Source: Snowella sp.
GTDB lineage: Bacteria > Cyanobacteriota > Cyanobacteriia > Cyanobacteriales > Microcystaceae
Assembly (NCBI GenBank): GCA_035285545.1
Contig: JAYKGY010000149.1
Span: forward strand, 1 to 16,042
Direction: 5' to 3'
Length of the DNA stretch: 16,042 bases
Shown here: one piece after another, positions 7,860 to 16,042 of the stretch
How positions within the stretch are numbered: position 1 is the stretch's first letter
Layout: each line of letters opens with the position of its first letter
Program-made: the position numbers and the translations under genes
The notes under the pieces: model-generated
Seen by the model: the letters and a program-made list of their open reading frames with translations, nothing else
Database searches by the model: none
Told to the model about the DNA's origin: nothing

Positions 7860-8447
7860 ATGATTATTGCAATCACGGCATTAAAGGGAGGAGTCGGCAA
7901 AACTACCACATCTATTCACCTGGCCGCCTATTTTCAGCAAAAAGCCCCTACATTATTAATTGATGCGGATCGAAATCGTTCTGCGTTAATTTGGTCACGG
8001 GAAGAAAAATTACCGTTTTATGTTGCCTCCCAGGCCGGAGCAACCAGCTTAATTCGCAAATATCCCCATATTATCGTTGATACCAGAGCCAGACCCGAAG
8101 CCGACGAATTCAAAGATCTAGCTGATGGCAGTGATCTATTAGTTATCCCCACTACGCCGAATCATTTAGACTTAGATGCTACTTTTAAGGCGGTAGAACA
8201 ATTACAACCCCTCAACGCCAATTTTAAAATTTTGCTGACGAAAGTAGATGCTCGCACCAAGGGAGGCCAACAGGCTAGACAGTTATTAGAAGAAGCCAAA
8301 TTACCGCTATTTAAAGCCGAAATTCCCCTATTAGTCGCCTTTGAACGAGCTTCGCAAAAGGGTGTGATTATTCGGGACTATTCCGATCCTAGGGCAAAAG
8401 CCGCTTGGTTAAGATATAAAGCAGTTGGAAAAGAAATTCTTCCCTAA
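7860..8447 (+). CDS. Short ParA-family ATPase (orphan, no N-terminal HTH)
   Basis: Deviant Walker A KGGVGKTT, LIDAD, IIVDT (Walker B), SDLLVIPTTP. Confidence 0.88.
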   Translation: MIIAITALKGGVGKTTTSIHLAAYFQQKAPTLLIDADRNRSALIWSREEKLPFYVASQAGATSLIRKYPHIIVDTRARPEADEFKDLADGSDLLVIPTTPNHLDLDATFKAVEQLQPLNANFKILLTKVDARTKGGQQARQLLEEAKLPLFKAEIPLLVAFERASQKGVIIRDYSDPRAKAAWLRYKAVGKEILP

Positions 8448-8676
8448 ACTTGCCTAAACTTGCGAATCCCAGCCAAGCAGTCAAATGCCCCATTCATTTT
8501 TTGGGATGCCAGTCAAGGTTTATCCCTAGTCTGCGCTTTCTGGGCAATGATTTCAGTCGAATTCATTGGGATGACTGCAAGGGCTAACAATGTTACGATT
8601 ACAAAATTAACGTCAACCCGTTATTGTCGGATTAAATAGCATCAAGACCGACTAAAAAGGAGTTCCTTAAATCAGA

Positions 8677-9738
8677 ATGCCTATTTTAAACTTAGACACT
8701 CAGCAAACTCATCTTTCCCTTCATCTTCCTGCATTGCCCTATCCTCGTCCTTTACTGATGATTGGTCATGGAACCCGTGACGAAGATGGCCGCCAGACTT
8801 TTATGGATTTTGTCCAAGTTTATCAGGAATTGGATCGCTCCCGTCCTGTTATTCCTTGTTTTTTGGAACTAACCGAGCCTTCTATTGAAAAAGGCGTTGA
8901 TTTCTGCGTTGAGCAAGGTTACACGGATATTTCTGCCCTGCCAATTCTGCTGTTTGCTGCCCGTCATAATAAATTTGATGTGACGAATGAGTTAGACCGT
9001 ACCCGCCTTAAGTATCCTCACATTAAGTTTTCCTATGGTCGTCATTTTGGCATTACCCCCAGCATTTTAGACCTTTGGCGCGATCGCTTAGCCGTATTGG
9101 ATCAACCTGAAGCGAACCCTCAACAAATTTCCCGTGCCGAAACCGTTCTCTTGTTTGTTGGCCGAGGCTCTAGTGATCCCGATGCCAACGGCGATGTTTA
9201 TAAAATGGCCCGGATGCTGTGGGAGGGAAGTGGCTATCATACCGTTGAAACCTGTTTTATTGGTATTACCCATCCCCGTTTAGAAGAAGGCTTCCGTCGA
9301 GCCAGATTGTATAACCCTAAACGCATTATTGTTTTGCCCTATTTCCTTTTTACCGGCGCATTGGTTAAAAAGATTTTTACCATTACCGAAGCCCAACAAG
9401 CGGAATTTCCCCACATCGAGATGGTTGCATTACCTGAAATGGGAATTCAGCCCCAACTGCTGGAATTAGTGCGAGAACGGGAAATTGAAACCCAATTGGG
9501 TCAGGTTAATATGAATTGTGAAACCTGTAAATTCCGTTTAGTGGCAAAAGGGTCAGGCCACGATCACCACAGTCATGGCCATCATCATGATCATCATCAT
9601 TCCCACGCTCATGGGGATCACAGCCATTCCTCTGATCATCATCACGGACATCATCACGCTCATGGACACGATCATGCGGCGAGTGATCCCTACGCCAAAG
9701 TTGAAGCTTACCATGAAAGAATTTGGCAAGTTCCTTAA
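8677..9738 (+). CDS. cbiX: Sirohydrochlorin cobaltochelatase CbiX (long form) with MxCxxC motif and His-rich tail
   Basis: [23 protein letters not shown], second domain VGRGSSD and PYFLFTG, MNCETC, His-rich C-terminus. RBS AAGGAG upstream. Confidence 0.9.
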   Translation: MPILNLDTQQTHLSLHLPALPYPRPLLMIGHGTRDEDGRQTFMDFVQVYQELDRSRPVIPCFLELTEPSIEKGVDFCVEQGYTDISALPILLFAARHNKFDVTNELDRTRLKYPHIKFSYGRHFGITPSILDLWRDRLAVLDQPEANPQQISRAETVLLFVGRGSSDPDANGDVYKMARMLWEGSGYHTVETCFIGITHPRLEEGFRRARLYNPKRIIVLPYFLFTGALVKKIFTITEAQQAEFPHIEMVALPEMGIQPQLLELVREREIETQLGQVNMNCETCKFRLVAKGSGHDHHSHGHHHDHHHSHAHGDHSHSSDHHHGHHHAHGHDHAASDPYAKVEAYHERIWQVP

Positions 9739-9751
9739 ATCGGCTGGAAGG

Positions 9752-10357
9752 TTAATGCTTGTGATACTTCAATAAGGTTTCTCCTGTCCGTCCTGTTGCT
9801 AACCAGAGTAACGCCCTAGCTACATCTCTAAGGGATTTTTCCGGCGGCTCAACGGCAGAATGGGACGGAACAGTAAAGGGTTTAATGACAATGCCCTGAC
9901 TCCCGAAAACAATCTCTCCCACTAACCGCGCCCGATTCATGTGGGTATCGGAGGTAATCAGATAAATGCTGCGAATTCCTTGACGATTGAGATCATCTAC
10001 TAGCGTCGTGAAATTAGTCACCGTATCTCTGGCTTGATAATCTAAATGGAGGCGATCGCGTTGAATCCCCGCTTTAGCAAAAATACGTTTGGCATAGCCT
10101 TCGGGACTGCCGGAAGAAACCCAAATCGGGAGATCGGGATATTGGGCCGCTAATTTGGCTGCGGCTTTTTCTCGGTCTTCATGGCCCCCCAACACAAAAA
10201 TTGCTTGCGGTTGAACGACCATACTTTGAATTTGGCGACAGCCGACGACTCCCCCCAAAATGAATAGGGGCAATAGCCACCCAAGCCAACCCATCCTAGT
10301 CTTACGAACCGGAATAATCGGGGTTTCCGCTTTATGAAACCGAAGTTTGAGAAACAT
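9752..10357 (-). CDS. YdcF/DUF218-family (ElyC/SanA-like) membrane-anchored protein
   Basis: TM segment, AIFVLGG, VSSG, ARDTVTN, LITSDTHMNRA. Start uncertain; ATG at 10357 chosen over the track's non-ATG start at 10417. Confidence 0.85.
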   Translation of the reverse strand: MFLKLRFHKAETPIIPVRKTRMGWLGWLLPLFILGGVVGCRQIQSMVVQPQAIFVLGGHEDREKAAAKLAAQYPDLPIWVSSGSPEGYAKRIFAKAGIQRDRLHLDYQARDTVTNFTTLVDDLNRQGIRSIYLITSDTHMNRARLVGEIVFGSQGIVIKPFTVPSHSAVEPPEKSLRDVARALLWLATGRTGETLLKYHKH

Positions 10358-10729
10358 GGATTTAACGAATTCCACACCACCACAGACAGTCCCCATTTCT
10401 GCTGAGAACTGTCTCAATTATGACGGACGTTTTACTCAGATGCTTCCCCAGGATGAAACGTTTTTATCAAAAATTAATAGGTCTTGACAATCCTATTTAT
10501 TTGGACAGGCGATCGCGATAGGTTTGTGCTTTAGGATGGGACGTGTTACGGGGAATTGATGAACTTTTTTTACAAATTCCGAGTTAACGATAAAATAAAA
10601 AGCGAACCTTTGGGCTAGGGTCTGTCGATCAGGTAATGATTAAGCGGTTTAATTGCCAAGATTAGTCTTTGCAAGCAACAGCCAACGCTCAAGGAATTTA
10701 TTCATTACTGCCAGTTCAACACAAACCCT

Positions 10730-11599
10730 ATGTCAAAAGCTAGACTGATTGACCTGACTTCTGAACAGTCTGTTACGTCTTCTCAAAGTCACCCTAATTT
10801 AGCGATCGCGACATCTCGCCGAGAGACGATAACCCTAGATCCCAACCCAGAAGATCCTCAATTTGTTGAGCTTGACCTTTTATCTATTAACGAACAGCTT
10901 AAACATGCCAATGCCGAGGCCATTATTGAATGGGGGTTTCAAACCTTTGGCGATCGGCTGGTGATGAGTACCAGTTTTGGTATTCAAGCGGCTGTCATGC
11001 TCCATTTAGTCACCCGCATTGTGCCGGATATTCCTGTTATTTGGATTGATACAGGATATTTACCCACAGAGACCTACCTTTTTGCTGAAGAACTGACCGA
11101 ACGTTTAAATTTAAATCTCAAAGTTTATCAATCTCCCCTCAGTCCTGCCCGCATGGAAGCCCTCTATGGCAAACTGTGGCAACAAAAAGACTTAGAATCC
11201 CTCAATCGCTACGACCAAATTCGTAAAGTGGAACCCATGCAACGCGCCCTACGGGATCTCAACGCGATCGCCTGGTTAGCCGGACTCCGCAGAAATCAAA
11301 CCAGTCACCGCCAAAATTTACAACCCCTCGTTAAACAGGGCAACCAATATAAAGTATTACCAATCTTAGATTGGACTTCCAAAGATATTTATGAATATTT
11401 AACGGCCTATAACCTGCCCTACCATCCCTATTTTGACCAAGGCTACGTTTCCGTTGGCGATTGGCATTCGAGTCGTCCCCTGATGGCCGATGATGAAAAT
11501 GAACGGGATACTCGCTTTCACGGTGTTAAACAAGAATGTGGCCTACATTTACCCCTCAGTCCTGAAGCCGCCCAAAGCCTTGACTCTAGTACCCTGTAA
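10730..11599 (+). CDS. cysH: Phosphoadenosine phosphosulfate (PAPS) reductase, thioredoxin-dependent
   Basis: [28 protein letters not shown] and catalytic ECGLH motifs. Lacks the CC...CxxC Fe-S ligands of APS reductases. Confidence 0.93.
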   Translation: MSKARLIDLTSEQSVTSSQSHPNLAIATSRRETITLDPNPEDPQFVELDLLSINEQLKHANAEAIIEWGFQTFGDRLVMSTSFGIQAAVMLHLVTRIVPDIPVIWIDTGYLPTETYLFAEELTERLNLNLKVYQSPLSPARMEALYGKLWQQKDLESLNRYDQIRKVEPMQRALRDLNAIAWLAGLRRNQTSHRQNLQPLVKQGNQYKVLPILDWTSKDIYEYLTAYNLPYHPYFDQGYVSVGDWHSSRPLMADDENERDTRFHGVKQECGLHLPLSPEAAQSLDSSTL

Positions 11600-11628
11600 A
11601 TCCTGATAAACGGAAAAACGGAAGTCCT

Positions 11629-12282
11629 ATGACAGTTATTAATGCCAGTTCCCTAAGCCTAGAGCAAGTTTATCACTATTTTAAATTTCAAGAATTACCC
11701 TATGGCACTTTTAATAGCTTGCTTCCCTTAGAACCGTTATCAGAGTTTGAAAAGGCTGATTTAGCTGAAATTCGTCATGATTTTAGGCATTATCTAACCG
11801 AAGGTAAGGTTTTAGAAGGAATGGTGATGGCGTTGACCATTTTTCCCCTACTCCGATTAGCAGGCTTTTATCGATCGCCGATCAAGATGAGCCTAGAACA
11901 GGAAATTGAACGGATTCAGCTAGAAGATGAAGGCATTAGCATTACAGGAAGATTAGACCTGATTTGCATTAATAAAGATCTGCCGAGCATCAATGATATT
12001 CCTTTTTGGATTTTGGCGATCGAAGCCAAGAATACCCGAATTAGTTCATCCGCAGGTTTACCCCAACTCCTGACCTATGCCTATAAAAGCCTTGCTCAAC
12101 AACCCAAAGTCTGGGGATTAACCACTAATGGGGTTTACTATGAATTTATTTATATTCAGCAAACGAACTTGCCCACCTATCAGCCATTACCTTCCCTACA
12201 TTTAATCGAGCCTGAATCTTCAGAAAAATTACTCCAAGTGTTAAAAGCCATTTGCAAAACCCAAAACAGTTCTTCCAACTGA
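11629..12282 (+). CDS. Standalone PD-(D/E)xK protein resembling the type I restriction HsdR N-terminal domain
   Basis: GRLD...IEAK...GLPQLLTY...GLTTNG..Y.F pattern. No helicase domain and no methyltransferase nearby. Confidence 0.75.
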   Translation: MTVINASSLSLEQVYHYFKFQELPYGTFNSLLPLEPLSEFEKADLAEIRHDFRHYLTEGKVLEGMVMALTIFPLLRLAGFYRSPIKMSLEQEIERIQLEDEGISITGRLDLICINKDLPSINDIPFWILAIEAKNTRISSSAGLPQLLTYAYKSLAQQPKVWGLTTNGVYYEFIYIQQTNLPTYQPLPSLHLIEPESSEKLLQVLKAICKTQNSSSN

Positions 12283-12406
12283 TCGAAAAAATTTAAACCT
12301 TACCCAATCCCCATCCAAATCTTAAACAAATACGTAATAGTATAAGTAGCCCGACTTTTCTGCTGTTTTAAGCAGTAGCGGGTTAATCCTTGAGGGTCTA
12401 TTCATT

Positions 12407-12901
12407 ATGAAACGACGTTATCTGTTAGAGGCGGGTAGCGCAACTCTCGGCACTATCTGGTTAACTCATTATTTATCCACCACTCAAAACCTTATGGCCA
12501 GCACGAAAGAAACCTTTGAAATTACCAAAACCGATGAAGAATGGCGCAAACTTCTCACGCCAGAACAATACAACGTTTTACGGAAACATGGTACTGAGCG
12601 ATCGCATACTAGCCCGTTAGACAAGCAATACGGCAAAGGAATTTATAAGTGTGCAGGCTGTGATCTCCCGCTTTTTTCCTCGGATACCAAGTTTAACAGT
12701 GGGACGGGTTGGCCCAGTTTTTATAAACCCCTCGATAACGCGATCGCGACCACTGTAGATCGCTCCTTCTTTATGACCCGCACCGAAGTGCATTGTCGGC
12801 GTTGTGGTGGCCATTTAGGCCATGTATTTGATGATGGCCCTGCTCCCACAGGGAAACGCTACTGCATGAACGGCGTTGCACTGCAATTTATTCCGAGTTA
12901 A
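12407..12901 (+). CDS. msrB: Peptide-methionine (R)-S-oxide reductase MsrB with N-terminal extension
   Basis: GTE, CAGC and CRRC Zn ligands, [16 protein letters not shown], catalytic RYCMN. Confidence 0.95.
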   Translation: MKRRYLLEAGSATLGTIWLTHYLSTTQNLMASTKETFEITKTDEEWRKLLTPEQYNVLRKHGTERSHTSPLDKQYGKGIYKCAGCDLPLFSSDTKFNSGTGWPSFYKPLDNAIATTVDRSFFMTRTEVHCRRCGGHLGHVFDDGPAPTGKRYCMNGVALQFIPS

Positions 12902-12947
12902 GGATAAATCCCCGCAATTTCCTCAAGCCTTTGTAAATGGTTGGGGT

Positions 12948-12999
12948 TGCTAGAGATGGCTAAAGCCTTACCAATTGAGGCTTTGGTCATTTTTTAGCA
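12948..12999 (+). terminator. Long stem-loop downstream of msrB (terminator, 3'-stabiliser or REP-like element)
   Basis: GCTAGAGATGGCTAAAGCCTTA-CCAAT-TGAGGCTTTGGTCATTTTTTAGC: 19 contiguous pairs (5 G-U), a 1-nt bulge, then 4 more pairs. Confidence 0.55.
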
Positions 13000-13126
13000 T
13001 CAAAAACTTTATTGATTATTGATTAAAACGCACCGAATGGCATCGATCAAAAAATCGCAAATGCTAGCCTCAATCGCCATTAATTTCGTTTCTGCTTAAT
13101 TCAATTCATCTGAATTTTTCCGACTG

Positions 13127-13135
13127 TGCTACTAT
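13127..13135 (+). promoter_or_regulatory. Candidate extended -10 promoter for the oxidoreductase-GtrA-ald unit
   Basis: TG-C-TACTAT about 80 nt upstream of the ATG; GAGG RBS near 13199-13202. Confidence 0.4.
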
Positions 13136-13216
13136 CTTAGTCATGATTCTTTAGAAACAAAACTTAAGTTCTAAGGTCAAGCATCGTGGTGGTGTGTAGA
13201 GGAATTTAATTCAATC

Positions 13217-14290
13217 ATGACGACTAGTCATCTCAAAGGACAACGCAGTTATTTAGAACCGATCCGCATTGGTGTCATCGGCGTAGGCAGTATGGGGCAA
13301 CATCACACTCGTGTCCTGAGCTTACTAAAAGATGTGGAATTTGTAGGAATTTCCGATGTTAATGTGGAACGTGGGTTAGATACGGCAAGTAAATATCGCG
13401 TTCGTTTTTTTGAGCGTTATCAAGACTTACTTCCCCATGTCGATGCGGTTTGTGTTGCGGTTCCGACCCGTTTACACCATACGGTGGGCATGGCTTGCTT
13501 AGAAGCAGGGGTACATACCCTCATCGAAAAACCCATTGCCGCTAGTATTGCCGAAGCGGAATCTTTGGTAAATGCCGCAGCTGAGTCTAACTGTATTTTA
13601 CAAGTGGGCCATATTGAACGCTTTAATCCCGCCTTCCAAGAACTCAGCAAAGTTTTAAAAACAGAAGAATTATTGGCCCTCGAAGCCCATCGCATGAGTC
13701 CTTACTCCCAACGGGCTAACGATGTATCGGTTGTTTTGGATTTGATGATCCATGATATTGACTTACTCTTGGAACTCGTGGGTGCCCCTGTGGCCAAATT
13801 AACGGCTAGTGGCAGTCGAGCCTCCGATTCCGGCTATTTAGATTACGTCACCGCGACCCTGGGCTTTGCTAACGGCATTGTCGCGACTTTAACGGCCAGT
13901 AAAGTGACCCATCGTAAAATTCGACGTATTGTTGCCCATTGCAATAATTGTTTGACCGAAGCCGATTTTCTGAATAACGAAATTTTGATCCATCGTCAAA
14001 CCACCGCTAACTATTCGGCGGATTATGGGCAGGTACTCTACCGTCAAGATGGGTTAATTGAAAAAGTTTACACCAGCAATATCGAACCCCTCCATGCTGA
14101 ATTAGAACACTTTGTTTATTGCGTGCGGGGCGGCGATCAACCGTCAGTAGGGGGAGAACAGGCACTGAAAGCATTACGGTTAGCCAGTTTAATTGAGAAA
14201 ATGGCCCTAGATGATCAAGTTTGGCAACCGACGGAAGCGGAACTAGAATATCGCTATCCCTCTTTAACCTTACAAGAAGCCACGGTTTAA
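13217..14290 (+). CDS. Gfo/Idh/MocA-family NAD(P)-dependent oxidoreductase
   Basis: Rossmann IGVIGVGSMG, IEKP, VGHIERFNP, DLMIHDID. Confidence 0.92.
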   Translation: MTTSHLKGQRSYLEPIRIGVIGVGSMGQHHTRVLSLLKDVEFVGISDVNVERGLDTASKYRVRFFERYQDLLPHVDAVCVAVPTRLHHTVGMACLEAGVHTLIEKPIAASIAEAESLVNAAAESNCILQVGHIERFNPAFQELSKVLKTEELLALEAHRMSPYSQRANDVSVVLDLMIHDIDLLLELVGAPVAKLTASGSRASDSGYLDYVTATLGFANGIVATLTASKVTHRKIRRIVAHCNNCLTEADFLNNEILIHRQTTANYSADYGQVLYRQDGLIEKVYTSNIEPLHAELEHFVYCVRGGDQPSVGGEQALKALRLASLIEKMALDDQVWQPTEAELEYRYPSLTLQEATV

Positions 14291-14308
14291 CCCACTCTTT
14301 ATCATTTA

Positions 14309-14809
14309 ATGGTTTTAAAATCCCCAAAAGTCAAGGCCACCAATTTAGCGACTATTTTCAACAATAAGGTAGTGCGCTGGTGGATTGTGGGTATTGCTTT
14401 TATGGTGATCAACATTATTCTGTTAGATTTCTTAAAAGTGAATCTACAGGCATGGTTTAGTGGCCTATCCCGTTTATCCCCCGAAGAAGTCAACCGTTGG
14501 TCGCTTTCTGTCGCGACGATCGCCTCAGCAGAAATTTGTACGATAACCCGATATCTCATTAATGATTATTGGGTGTTTGGCAATCCTCGCCCGACGTGGA
14601 AACGCTGCTGGGAATACCATGTTGCTAATGGGATGAGTTTCTTTGTCTGGTGTTTCATTGTGATTGCTTTAGGGGAAAAAATCGGCGTTGATCACCGTTT
14701 TGCGGCAATTTTAGCCACAGTCGTGTCGGTTTGTATTAGTATGGCAACTAACTTTTTGTGGGTTTGGCGATCGCCGAAAAAACGACCAAGACCCGAAGAA
14801 GAGGGATAA
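14309..14809 (+). CDS. GtrA-family four-TM membrane protein
   Basis: RWWIVG...IN, RYLINDYWVF and NFLWVW patterns; four hydrophobic segments. Confidence 0.8.
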   Translation: MVLKSPKVKATNLATIFNNKVVRWWIVGIAFMVINIILLDFLKVNLQAWFSGLSRLSPEEVNRWSLSVATIASAEICTITRYLINDYWVFGNPRPTWKRCWEYHVANGMSFFVWCFIVIALGEKIGVDHRFAAILATVVSVCISMATNFLWVWRSPKKRPRPEEEG

Positions 14810-14843
14810 TAGAGTCATAAAAAAACGTTAAGGGAAGGATTTT

Positions 14844-15968
14844 ATGAAAATTGGTGTTCCGAAAGAAATCAAGGATCAGGAATTTCGGGTTGGATTAACC
14901 CCCAGTAGTGTGAATGTTCTAACAAATCAGGGCCATACAGTGGTGGTAGAAACCCAAGCCGGGGTCGGAGCCAGTTTCAGCGATCGCGATTATGAACAGG
15001 CAGGGGCAACCATTGTGACGGAAGCCAGGGAAGTTTGGCAACAGGAACTCGTGATTAAAGTGAAAGAACCCTTAGCCTCCGAATACGATTATTTAAAATA
15101 TCCCAAATTACTCTTTACCTATCTCCATCTTGCCGCCAATCGGCAGTTAACCGAAGCCTTAATTCATTCAGGGATTACCGCGATCGCCTACGAATCCGTT
15201 GAGCTAGAAGACGGTCGTTTGCCCCTACTCAGTCCCATGAGTATCATTGCCGGACGCTTAGCCGTGCAGTTTGGAGCCAGATACCTCGAAAAACAACAAG
15301 GGGGACGGGGAGTCCTACTTGGCGGTGTGCCAGGGGTTAAGCCTGGTCAAGTCGTTATTTTAGGGGGTGGCGTAGTGGGAACAGAAGCCGCTCGTCTGGC
15401 CATTGGTTTGGGTGCCCAAGTCCAAATTCTCGATGTCAACGTTGACCGCTTAAGCTATCTAGAAACCCTGTTTGGTTCACGGGTCGAATTACTCTACAGT
15501 ACCCCCGCCCAAATTGAAGCAACGGTTCCTAACGCCGACTTATTAATTGGAGCCGTTCTGATCCCCAATAAACGCGCCCCCATCTTAGTGTCCCGTGAGC
15601 TAGTCAAAAAAATGCGCTCCGGTTCCGTTATTATCGATGTGGCAGTGGATCAAGGCGGTTGTATTGAAACCTTAAAAACCACTTCCCATAGCCAACCCAG
15701 CTATACCGAAGAAAGCGTTGTCCATGTCGGCATTCCTAATATGCCAGGCGCGGTACCTTGGACAGCAACCCAAGCATTAAACAACAGCACCCTGCCCTAC
15801 GTCGTCAAACTGGCTAACCAAGGATTAGACGCATTCGCCACTGATAAATCCCTGGCTAAAGGCTTAAATATTCAAAATCAGCGTTTAATTAACCCAGGTG
15901 TGTTATCCGTCTTTCCCGATTTAGAGCCTATCCGAAAAGTCAATAGGAACGAAATTGGTACATTTTAG
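14844..15968 (+). CDS. ald: Alanine dehydrogenase
   Basis: [57 protein letters not shown]. Confidence 0.96.
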   Translation: MKIGVPKEIKDQEFRVGLTPSSVNVLTNQGHTVVVETQAGVGASFSDRDYEQAGATIVTEAREVWQQELVIKVKEPLASEYDYLKYPKLLFTYLHLAANRQLTEALIHSGITAIAYESVELEDGRLPLLSPMSIIAGRLAVQFGARYLEKQQGGRGVLLGGVPGVKPGQVVILGGGVVGTEAARLAIGLGAQVQILDVNVDRLSYLETLFGSRVELLYSTPAQIEATVPNADLLIGAVLIPNKRAPILVSRELVKKMRSGSVIIDVAVDQGGCIETLKTTSHSQPSYTEESVVHVGIPNMPGAVPWTATQALNNSTLPYVVKLANQGLDAFATDKSLAKGLNIQNQRLINPGVLSVFPDLEPIRKVNRNEIGTF

Positions 15969-16042
15969 CGAACGCTAACTTCACTAGCTAGGTGGACGGT
16001 TATTTCCCTAGCAAATGCTCGGATAACTATCTCTCAAATGAG
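15924..16042. mobile_element. Probable IS5-type/MITE terminus beginning inside the ald 3' end (extent unknown)
   Basis: TTA|GAGCCTATCCGAAAAGTC directly after the PDL codons. A GAG start with a TNA target fits IS1031-subgroup ends. The partner end is not seen in the window. Confidence 0.45.

Larger units (their letters stand above)
1134..15187. repeat. Dispersed HIP1 octamer GCGATCGC (about 25 copies)
   Basis: Manual count; examples at 1134, 1423, 1767, 3348, 4849, 5461, 6715, 9080, 10802, 12598, 15180. Confidence 0.92.

Noticed and set aside
8464..8676. Cobalamin riboswitch upstream of cbiX
   Set aside because: No GGGAA/B12-box core elements seen, only short stems such as CAATGA...TCATTG. 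An Rfam scan would settle it.
9088..9273. 61-aa - strand ORF
   Set aside because: Antisense within cbiX.
9575..9775. 66-aa Ile/Met/Thr-rich ORF that looks like a membrane peptide
   Set aside because: Shifted-frame reading of the CAT/CAC His tract of cbiX.
10150..10383. 77-aa - strand ORF
   Set aside because: Alternate frame overlapping the DUF218 gene.
10730..12282. DNA phosphorothioation (Dnd/Ssp) system
   Set aside because: CysH has the canonical ECGLH end and no Fe-S motif. No cysteine desulfurase, ATPase or other dnd/ssp genes are present.
12617..12814. 65-aa - strand ORF
   Set aside because: Antisense within msrB.
13420..14559. Three - strand ORFs (13420-13695, 14007-14327, 14302-14559)
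   Set aside because: Antisense to the well-supported oxidoreductase and GtrA genes; no motifs.
15929..16025. TATCCGA...TCGGATA as the two ends of a complete MITE
   Set aside because: Only 7 bp of complementarity; the flanking GAGCC and AAAGT are not mirrored.

Overview
Cyanobacterial chromosomal window: about 25 HIP1 octamers (GCGATCGC, manual count) and a typical cyanobacterial gene set. The left edge is a nested disruption: the 5' end of one IS630-family element (- strand) abuts the 3' part of a second IS630 transposase (+ strand). That element sits at a TA inside a Uma2/DUF820 nuclease gene, of which the 3' remnant survives and which the ORF track missed. Next is a devBCA-type exporter operon divergent from an AphA-like PadR regulator, with two AphA-box-like palindromes 42 bp apart between them. 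The rest is mostly housekeeping: DUF697 GTPase, MOSC protein, orphan ParA, His-tailed CbiX, YdcF/DUF218, cysH, a standalone restriction-endonuclease-fold protein, msrB, Gfo/Idh/MocA oxidoreductase, GtrA protein and ald. Non-coding items are CTATTAA heptamer repeats, an 87-bp MITE-like element, a long G-U-rich hairpin after msrB, and a probable IS5-type terminus that appears to have replaced the ald stop codon. I see no clear new multi-gene system. The best leads are the PadR/operator/DevBCA module and the mobile-element footprints. All family calls come from motif recognition, not from database searches.
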